In this document: positions 54,228 through 64,000 of the stretch, piece by piece
Layout: each line of letters starts with the position of its first letter
Numbering within the stretch: the first letter of the stretch is position 1
NCBI GenBank assembly: GCA_964016885.1
Contig: CAXHJY010001027.1
Coordinates: 1 to 64,000, forward strand
Reading direction: 5' to 3'
Length of the DNA: 64,000 nt
Origin: Eledone cirrhosa
Lineage: Eukaryota
Position numbers and translations under genes: made by a program
The notes under the pieces: generated by a model
Database searches by the model: none
Seen by the model: only the letters and a program-made list of their open reading frames with translations
What the model was told of the DNA's origin: nothing

Positions 54228-54321
54228 ATTTCAGCAAACAGGAGGAGTAGTTGGCTTTGATAAGCATCAATAAATGCGAAACAAGGCCTTGTCAGCTTTA
54301 TCTCCCCCTGTTTGCTGAAAT
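54228..54321 (+). ncRNA. Hammerhead fold with greatly extended stem I and degenerate core
   Basis: ATTTCAGCAAACAGG..GGCT-TTGATAA-GCAT(caataa)ATGC-GAA-ACAAGGCCTTGT-C-AGCT..CCTGTTTGCTGAAAT. Confidence 0.65.
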
Positions 54322-54409
54322 TAAAGTAAGTGAGTCTGTCACTACTCTAAAACAATAGCATAAGGTCTTCGAAATGCTTTTAATTAAGCATACAGTGTAT
54401 TGCAAAATA

Positions 54410-54445
<36 letters not shown>

Positions 54446-54599
54446 CCCAGAAAAAAGAGAGAAAGAAATAAAAAAGGAAAAAAATATATTTTTCTTCCTA
54501 ATAATCGTCTCTTTCTCCCTGTTTTCATATATATATATATATATATATATACATACATGCACATATCATGATAATGATATATACATATATATATATATT

Positions 54600-54837
54600 T
54601 GCAAGCATAGCAAGAGATGTCAACATCAATGGACATGTTATTTTTATCTAAAGACATTCTTTTCCAATTCCACTCCGCCCGTCTCCTCAATCTATCTTAT
54701 TTCTCATTCTTTCTTCTGATGAAGGACTAGCATCCGAAACGTTAAGACCCTCTTCCTGCTATATCAAGCGTTAACCTAATATATCCCTTCTATATACTGT
54801 ACTGATTGTGTTGTTATTTCTGTTTACCTTTTACATT

Positions 54838-54838
<1 letters not shown>
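54600..54838 (+). mobile_element. Penelope-like element family H1 with HHR at 54712-54747
   Basis: TCTT-CTGATGA-aGGA(ctagca)TCC-GAAACGT-T-AAGA. Confidence 0.75.
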
Positions 54839-54871
<33 letters not shown>

Positions 54872-54874
54872 TAT

Positions 54875-55220
54875 GGAGGCACATGGCTTAGTGGTTAGAG
54901 CATTGGCCTTGCAATCGAAAGGTTGTGAGTTCAATTCTCAGACCGGACGGATGATGTGTTGTTTCCTTGAGCAAGACACTTTATTTCGCATTGCTCCAGT
55001 TTACTCAGCTGTAGAAATGAGATGATAGGGACTGGGGTCCATATCATTCCACTGTAAAGTGGTCGTGTAGGCGCCACGGCAAAAAATCACCCAGCACTCA
55101 CTGTAAATGAGGTTGGTGTTAGGAAGGGCATCCAGCTGTAGAAATCAAGCCAGAATCAGTTCTCATCCCACCCTTGCAAGCAGGGAAAAGCGGACGTAAA
55201 ATGATGATGATGATGATGAT
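54875..55220 (+). mobile_element. Full-length SINE family A
   Basis: A box tggcttagtggttag, B box gagttcaattct, CORE-like centre, RTE tail and (ATG)n. Confidence 0.92.
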
Positions 55221-55506
55221 ATACATCTATATATATATATACATCATCATCATCATCAGGTTTAGCGTCCGTGTTCCACGCTTGCATGGGTTTGGACGGG
55301 GGTTTTCCCACTTGAGGCAAGAGTGGTTGTCTTGCTCGCATAGGACTGTCTGGCGGGTTTTCTACAGTTGGATGCCCTTCCTAACACCAACCACATTTAC
55401 AGTGTGGGGCTGGGAGGTTTTTACCGTGTTGCCTACACGGCCACATTACAGCGTGGACTGTCTGGCGGGTTTTCTACAGCTGGATGCCCTTCCTAACACC
55501 AACCAC

Positions 55507-55545
<39 letters not shown>

Positions 55546-55901
55546 CACAAACTCAGACATACACAGACCCGAGTGTGTTTAGCAGTAGTTTTAAAAACTA
55601 TGACAGCAACAGCTCCAATGAACTCGAGATTTATTCAGAGCTGGAAGATATGACAGTCTTTATATTTAGATGACAGCAGCTCTTACTTTCAGATTTGGTT
55701 GTTGTTGTTGTTGTTGCTTTCTTATTCATGTAATTGTGTAGGCATGTGTGTATTTGTGTGTCTGTCTGTCTGTCCGTCTATCTGTCTGTCTGTATGTGTC
55801 TGTATACGTACATACATATATAAGTATATATATATGTGTGTAAATGTATGTTTACACACATATATACATATATATATATATATATATAACGAAGGAAATG
55901 T

Positions 55902-55944
<43 letters not shown>

Positions 55945-56017
55945 TTGTGTCTATGTATGTCTGTGTGGATATATATATATATATATGCACACACGTGTGT
56001 GTCTATGTATGTCTGTG

Positions 56018-56055
<38 letters not shown>

Positions 56056-57109
56056 GTATACTTTCCTCCACCATCACACCACATCCACCACCACCATCAC
56101 CACAACACTGCCGTGAACAACCATGGAGGTGGTGGTGGTGGTGGCGGTAGTGGTGGCGGTGGTGGTTGCTATTGGTGCTGGTGGTGTGGTGGTGGTGGTG
56201 GTGTTGTTAGTATGGTGGTGTGGTGGTGTGGTGGTGGTGGTGTTGTTAGTATGGTGGTGTGGTGGTGGTGTGGTGGCTGTGACACTGGACCAACCCCTGA
56301 CCAATAATGGTGACAGGTATCCAAGACCTGGTCAACTGGTGGTGTTGTTGGTAGTGGTGGTGTGGTGGTGGTGGTGGTGGTGTGGTGGTGGTGTGGCTGT
56401 GACACTGGACCAATCCCTCACCACTAGTAGTAACAGGTATCCAAGACCTGGTCAACATCATGTGTTGCCAGAGTCACAGGTTTTACTTCTGGAATTATGT
56501 CCAAACAAGAACCAGGGTCGTCACACTCTTTGTGGGCTAACTGCCTCTTTGGGTACCAAACCTGGTATTTCCACCTCCCCAAGCAATGGTCACCCAGACA
56601 TATCATAGAACCAGTGTGTGGGGGGTAGGGTGGCACCCAAACTGGGTATTTGCTGTGGTGGATCTTTTAAACTGCTGAGTCCAACTATTTTAAATTTAGA
56701 TTGTGGTTGGGGGGTGGCATGCGGGTGGCGTGAGGTTTAGAAGGTGTAGAGGTAGTAGTAGTGGTAGTAGTAGTAGTGGTGGTGGTGGTGGTAGTGGCGG
56801 TGGTGGTGGTGGTGGTGGTGGTGGTAGTGATGGTGGTGGTAAACATTTGTGGTTGGGTGTAGTTTATTTTATTTCCTGTTGAGTCTGGTGGTAGTGTTGG
56901 TAGTTGTGATAGTGGTAGTAATGGTGGTGTTGGTAGTAGTAGTAGTGGTGGTGGTGGTACTGGTAGAGTGATAGTGGTGGTGGTTGTAGTGGTGATGGTG
57001 ATAGTAGTAGTGGTGGTGGTAGTAGTGGTGATAGTGGTGGTGGTGGTGGTAGTAGTAGTGGTGGTGGTAGTAGTAGTGATAGTGGTGGTGGTAGTGGTGG
57101 TGATGGTGA

Positions 57110-57140
<31 letters not shown>

Positions 57141-58552
57141 GATAGTGGTGGTGGCAGTGGTGGTGATGGTGATAGTAGTAGTGGTTGTGTCTGGTTTTGC
57201 AGGTGGTTGTGGTGGTGGTAGTGGTATGCTGCTGGAAGACAGTTGTCTAGACGGCTGTAGTGGTGTAGGTGGTAGTGGTGGTGGTGTGGGTGTGGAGAGG
57301 AGCGGAGGGCAGGGGGAACATTATAGCAATTGTGATGAAAGATGAGTAATGGTGGATGTGATGATGATGATGATGGCTTCATTTGAGCAGTCATGGTGGA
57401 AGTGGTAGTTTCCTTGGTCTTGGTGATGATGATGATAGTTTCTGTAGCATTAGTGGTGGGGGTGTTGGTGTAAATGGTGGTGGTGGTGGTGTGGTGATGG
57501 AGGTGTGTGTGGTGGTGGTGGTGGTGGTAGTAGTGACAGTGGTGGTGTTGGTGGTGATGGTAGTAGTAGTGGCGGCGGTGGTGGTGGTGTGGTGATGGAG
57601 GTGTGTGTGGTGGTAGTGACAGTGGTGGTGGTGGTGATGGTGGAGGTGTTGGTGGTGATGGTAGTAGTGGCGGCGGTGGTGGTGTGGTGATGGAGGTGTG
57701 TGTGGTGGTGGTGGTGGTGGTGCGTCTGGTGAGGGTGGTGGTGGTAGTAGTGGCGATGGTGGTGTGTCTGGTGGTGTAGTGGTTGTGGTGTGGTGGTGGT
57801 GTGGGAGTTATCACTATTGTGATGTGGTGTTTAGTCAGCGAAACTTATTGTTAGTTCATAATCAGAGAATCAACTTTCAAACATTTATGTGTGTGAATAT
57901 ATGTATAGCAATGTATGTATGTGTGCGTGTGTGTATATATCTATGTATGTGTGTGTGTGTATGTATATATTCATATATATATATATACATGTGTGTGTGT
58001 GAATATATGTATAGCTATGTATGTGTACGTGTGTGTATATATCTATGTATGTGTGTGTATGTATATATTCATATATATATATATATATATATATACATAC
58101 ATGTGTGTGTGTGTGTATATATATGTATATGATATGTTTGTGTATGTATATGCACGTTGGCATCTGTGTACATGCCTACAACTGTGTGTGTGTATATATG
58201 TTTGTATGTATGTATACGTGTGTGTGCATGAATATCTTTATATGCATACATATATGTATCTGTATAATATATATATATATATTATATATAGCTGAGTGTG
58301 TGTATGTATATATATGTGTATGTCATCATCATCATCGTTTAACGTTCATCTTCCACGCTAGATGTGTGTGTGTGTGTGTATATATGCATGTGTGTGTATA
58401 TATGCATGTGTGTATATATGTATGTGTGTATACATATATATGTGTGTGTATGCATGTGTGTGTGTATATATGCATGTGTGTGTATATATATGTGTGTATA
58501 TATATATATATGTGTGTGTGTGTATATGCATGTGTGTGTATATACATATGTG

Positions 58553-58583
<31 letters not shown>

Positions 58584-58676
58584 ATATATGTGTGTGTGTG
58601 TGTATATATGTGTGTGTGTGTGTGTATATGCATGTGTGTGTGTGTGTATATGCATGTGTGTGTGTATATATGTGTG

Positions 58677-58707
<31 letters not shown>

Positions 58708-59048
58708 CTGTCTGTCTTGTGCAAAAGTTTCTATTTAGTACTTACTGAGATTAATTTTTATTGATTTGTGTATTTAAACAGCAATACTGCATATGGAAGC
58801 ATATCCTGTGGTGTTGTTGCTGTTGTTGTGCAGCTGCATGTGTGTGGTGTTGTACCAGCGAGTTAAAGAGCCAGAACACGGCACAGCAGCAGGTGCTTGG
58901 CCAATTAGAAACCTCTGGCCTTTAACCTTGTCTGATCCCGACACTCTTGTTAGGTGTGAAGGTCGTACTCTCTCTTATCTCACTTAAATACTCTGCAGAA
59001 ACCTACTCCATTCCTTTCATACCTGGCACACCAGCTTTTACAGTAGTT

Positions 59049-59153
<105 letters not shown>

Positions 59154-59236
59154 ATAATAATAAATTTGAAGACTAAAATCCAAAGAGGGCCCGATAAGGA
59201 TAAATAAATATCAAATATATAAGAACCGTAGAGCAA

Positions 59237-59381
59237 ATATTTATTAAAATAACAGATTAAAGTTTAAGCAAAGAATCGCTGCTTTCACCCTTAACGGGAT
59301 CTTCTGAAGCTCAGAAGATTCCGTTAAGGGTAAAAGCAGCGATTCTTTGCTTAAACTTTAATCTGTTATTTTAATAAATAT
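59237..59381. repeat. 71-bp-arm palindrome (2 mismatches, 3-nt loop) with an HHR-like remnant at the axis
   Basis: The left arm on the minus strand reads CAGAAGA-tCCC(gttaa)GGGt-GAAA. Confidence 0.85.
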
Positions 59382-59711
59382 ATATATATATATATATACA
59401 ACGATGAATTTGTGTTGGAGAGATGCTGTGCTGAATAGGACCCGTCCAACCCTTGCAAGCAGGGAAAAGCGGACGTAAAATGATGATGATGATGATATAT
59501 ACATATATACATATATATATATACATTATATATATGTAAGTATGTTTTGAAACAGTGAGCAGGTTTGAAATTAGAAAATAGAATAGCTTTCACCGTATTT
59601 TTGACTAAAGGAATTTTAGCCTGATGATGGGGTTTAGAACCCTCAGATAAATGGAAAAAGATGAGTATTGACGTATATATATATATATATATTTATATAT
59701 GTGTGTGTGTG

Positions 59712-59989
59712 CAAAAGGCAAACAGAAATAACAAAACAAACAACACAGTACAACAAAGAAATATATTATTAGGTTTATGCTTGATATAGTAAGAAAAGAG
59801 TCTTGACGTTTCTGACACTAGTCCTTCATCAGAAAATAGAATGAGAAATTAAAGAAGAAACAGAAAGAGTGAGGAGACAGGCAAGGTGGAAACGGAAACA
59901 ATTTTTTTAGAGAAAAAATAATTGATGTTGACATCTCTTGGAAAACTGGTGATGCTGGCAGTTTGTGTAGGATATAGTTTTTTTGAAAA

Positions 59990-59990
<1 letters not shown>
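59712..59990 (-). mobile_element. Penelope-like element family H1 (diverged) with HHR at 59801-59836, canonical GUC site
   Basis: TTTT-CTGATGA-agGAC(tagt)GTCa-GAAACGTC-AAGA. Confidence 0.75.
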
Positions 59991-60021
<31 letters not shown>

Positions 60022-60029
<8 letters not shown>

Positions 60030-60245
60030 TTGACAAATATATCAATATGCCCAGACATGTAGATGGCCTCAGGACCCCCCTGCTGGTCATTTAACCTTGT
60101 TCTGGTGACGCAGCTCGATGGAGCATGCAACTACTGATATACTCATGTTTATAGGCTCTGATGATTCCTGACAGGGTGTATGGATGAAACACTGTTAGCT
60201 AATAAAACAATGTATTTCTAAGCACTCTTTGGTTATTCCTATAAC

Positions 60246-60248
<3 letters not shown>
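60022..60248 (+). mobile_element. Penelope-like element family H2 (longest copy), HHR at 60154-60200
   Basis: Matches 30218-30388. Its 5' part matches the reverse complement of 30457-30500. TA flanks on both sides. Confidence 0.7.
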
Positions 60249-60277
<29 letters not shown>

Positions 60278-61202
60278 GTGGTGGAGATGGGGCTAGTTAT
60301 GTTGGTACTGATGTTGTTGTTGCTGTTGGTTGTGGTATAGGTGGTGTTATTGTTGTTAGTAGTGGTGGTGGTGGTATGTTGTTAGTAGTAGTGGTAGTGG
60401 TGGTGGTGGTGTGTTGTTAGTAGTAGTGGTGGTGGTGGTGGTGTTTGTTTGAGACATGGTAGGGAGGATGGAGAAGAGAGAAAGAGAGCGATGATGTTTT
60501 TGGTGTTGGTGGTGATGTAGGTGGTACTATTGTTTGAGACATGGCAGTGGTGGGGGAGAGAGAGAGAGAGAGCTTTAGATATGGTGGTGATGATGGTGAT
60601 GATGATGTAGGTGGTGCTGTTGTTTGTTTGAGACATGGCAATGTTTGGGAAAGGTTGGAGGAGAGGAAAAAGAGACAGAGACAGACTTTGATGGGGGGCG
60701 GGTCTGTTATATCTGCCGCGGGGTGGGTGGAGAGACAATGAGACAGAGAAATGGTGTGGTGTTTATTATATCTGGTGGGGAGAGAGAGAGGTGGTGGGGA
60801 GAGAGAGAAGTGGTGGTGTTTATTATATCTGCGTGAGGAGAGGCATGTGGTGGTGTGGTGGTATTTATTATATCTGCCACCTTTGTAAAATTAGTGCAAG
60901 TCTGCTCTGTTTTATGATGAGTAACTTCAGGTTTATTTCATTATTTTAACTTTAAAAATTTTACTTTTCTTTCCCCCCAGAAATAGATTTTTACAATTTC
61001 TTTAGTTTCTTTCTTTGTTTTGTTTCCGTCTTTGTTTGTTTTGTGGTAAGGGGTGGGTGGGTGGTGTTTATTATTATTATTATTGCTGTTGTTGTTGTTG
61101 TTTTGTTTTGTTTTAATTGAATTTCATTTGATGAGGTTATCTTGTTTTATGTTTTAGTTTAATGTATGTTTGTGTGTATGTGTATATATATATATATGTG
61201 TT

Positions 61203-61233
<31 letters not shown>

Positions 61234-61798
61234 GTATATGTGTTTGTGTGTGTGTATCTGTGTGTATGCATTTGAATATGTCTGTATGCATATAAATATA
61301 TGTATATGTGTGTGTATGTATATATGTATATGTGTTTATGGATGTATGGGTATAAATATATGTGTATGTGTATATGTGTGTAAATATGCATATATATATA
61401 TATATATATATACAGACGCACACACATATACAAACATAAAAATGGTGATCATACTAACACATACACATACACATACACACACAAACCCATGCAAGCATAG
61501 AAGAACGGATATAGAACAACGATGATAATGATGGTGGTAGTGCCTGTGATGATGATGATAGTGATGATGGTAGTGCCTGTGATGGTGATGATGATGATGA
61601 TGGTGGTAGTGCCTGTGATGGTGATGATGATGATGATGGTGGTAGTGCCTGTGATGGTGGTGATGATGTTTGTGTGTGGGCTTTAATGTACAAGTATGTG
61701 TTAATTGATATTTTAATGTCTCTATTACTGAGTACATAAACATTATTGTATGTGTGTGTGTATGTTTGAATATATGTATGTGTGTGTGTGTGTGTATG

Positions 61799-62195
61799 TC
61801 ATCATCATCATCATCACCGTTTTATGTCCGTTCTCCCACGCTAGCATGGGTTAGACGGGTTGTCCTGTTGTGGGCAGTGTCTGGTCGGCTGACCATGCCT
61901 TGCTCATACGGGAACTGATTCTGGCTTGATTTCTACAGCTGGATGCCCTTCCTAACACCAACCTCATTTACAGTGAGTGCTGGGTGCTTTTTTGCCGTGG
62001 CACCTCCACGACCACTTTGCAGTGGAATGATAGGGACCCCAGTCCCTATCATCTCATTTCTACAGCTGAGTAAACTGGAGCAATGTGAAATAAAGTGTCT
62101 TGCTCAAGGAAACAACACATCACCTGGTCTGAGAATTGAACTCACAACCTTTCGATTGCAAGGCCAATGCTCTAATCACTAAGCCATATGCCTCC
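61799..62195 (-). mobile_element. Full-length SINE family A variant with an alternative RTE-like tail
   Basis: Head and body match 18300-18577; tail acccgtctaacccatgctagcgtgggagaacggacataaaacgg(tga)n. Confidence 0.9.
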
Positions 62196-62559
62196 ATGTG
62201 TGTATATATGTATGTATGTGTGTTTGAATATATGTATGTATGTATGATTGAATATATGTATGTATAAATGTTTGAATATATGTATGTATATGAGTTTGAA
62301 TATATGTGTGAATGTATATATGTATGATTGTATGTGTATATATATATGTTTGTATGTGTGTATATATATGTATGTTTGTTAGTATGTTTATATATAAATA
62401 TGTGTGTATGTACGTATATATGTTTGTATGTATGTATGTGTGTATATATGTATGATTGTATGTGTGTATATATATGTTTGTATGTGTGTGTATATATATA
62501 TATGTATGTTTGTTAGTATGTTTATATATGTGTGTGTATGTAATGTATGTATATATATA

Positions 62560-63700
62560 TATATGTTTCTATGTTAGTTTGTTTAGATATATGTATGTAT
62601 GTATATGTTTGTTTCTATGTTTGTATGTATGTGTGTATATATATATATGATTGTATGTTAGTTTTTTTAGATATATGTATGTGTGTATATATGTATATGT
62701 ATGTTTGTTAGAATGTTTATATATATATATATGTGTATGTATGTATATGTTTGTTTGTATGTATGTGTGTGTATATATATGATTGTATGTTAGTTTGTTT
62801 AGATATATGTATGTGTGTATATATGTATATGTATGTTTGTTAGAATGTTTATATATATATATATGTGTATGTATGTATATGTTTGTTTGTATGTATGTGT
62901 GTGTATATATATGATTGTATGTTAGTTTGTTTAGATATATGTATGTGTGTATATATGTATATGTATGTTTGTTAGAATGTTTATATATATATATATGTGT
63001 ATGTATGTATATGTTTGTTTGTATGTATGTGTGTGTATATATATGATTGTATGTTAGTTTGTTTAGATATATGTATGTGTGTATATATGTATATGTATGT
63101 TTGTTAGAATGTTTATATATATATATATGTGTATGTATGTATATGTTTGTTTGTATGTATGTTTGTATGTATGTGTGTGTATATATATGATTGTATGTTA
63201 GTTTGTTTAGATATATGTATGTGTGTATATATGTATATGTATGTTTGTTAGAATGTTTATATATATATATATGTGTATGTATGTATATGTTTGTTTGTAT
63301 GTATGTGTGTGTATATATATGATTGTATGTTAGTTTGTTTAGATATATGTATGTGTGTATATATGTATATGTATGTTTGTTAGAATGTTTATATATATAT
63401 ATATGTGTATGTATGTATATGTTTGTTTGTATGTATGTGTGTGTATATATATGATTGTATGTTAGTTTGTTTAGATATATGTATGTGTGTATATATGTAT
63501 ATGTATGTTTGTAAGTATGTTTATATATATATATATATATGTGCATGTATGTATATGTTTGTTTGTATGTTAGTTTGTTTAGATATATGTATGTGTGTAT
63601 ATATATATATATGATTGTATGTTAGTTTGTTTAGATATATGTATGTGTGTATATATATATATATGATTGTATGTTAGTTTGTTTAGATATATGTATGTAT
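62560..63700. repeat. 132-bp higher-order tandem repeat built from TA/TG microsatellites
   Basis: ttagaatgttt recurs at 132-nt spacing (62708, 62840, ...); 44-aa period in the pseudo-ORF. Confidence 0.9.
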
Positions 63701-64000
63701 GTGTGTATGTGTATGGAATAAGAGACCTGGTCTTCAGCAAGACATCTCTAGAAGGTCACTCCTTATAAAACCTGTGACAATGTTTACATCCAATGATGTA
63801 GACCAGGTCTTCTTTTGGGATGAATGCATTGTTCAGGGAATGGGTTGGCCCCATGTAAAGTCTTTCCTCACTTAAAAAGGCTTCAATCACAGACATTGCT
63901 TGATATGTGACATTTTAAGTATCAAGTGATGGCATTACTGGAAAAATTGAGTTGCAGCCATCACCATCACGTATGTGTATATATATATATATATATATAT

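Noticed and set aside
54875-54945. tRNA genes at SINE heads (also 6935, 18505, 29366, 62125)
   Set aside because: A/B boxes run straight into SINE core sequence without a proper acceptor stem or terminator.
59621-59670. CTGATGA as another hammerhead
   Set aside because: The homologous repeat at about 24285-24345 (minus) reads ctgatag, and there is no correctly placed GAAA or stem I.

Overview
Eukaryotic, AT-rich, microsatellite-saturated genomic DNA. The SINE set and (TA)n/(CA)n/(CAT)n density look like a coleoid cephalopod, probably Octopus; this is pattern recognition, not a database result. Almost all ORFs in the supplied track are translated simple repeats. Real content has four parts. 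(1) The probable 5' part of a minus-strand multi-exon gene, with short exons at about 10.1 kb, 5.15 kb and 23-60, running off the left edge; product not securely identified. (2) tRNA-derived SINEs of at least three types, one sharing its 3' tail with RTE-type LINE fragments in the window. (3) Non-autonomous DNA-transposon MITEs of piggyBac, Tc1/mariner, pogo/Tc2 and hAT type. (4) The most striking signal: a dense, multi-family population of short elements sitting in (TA)n tracts that carry type I hammerhead ribozyme (HHR) folds of the kind known from Penelope-like retroelements/retrozymes. About a dozen intact or degenerate HHRs can be folded by eye. Six fold-back palindromes have their symmetry axis on an HHR-like core or stem II, suggesting ribozyme-hairpin-primed snap-back during reverse transcription. 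All folds and splice calls were made by eye and need computational confirmation.
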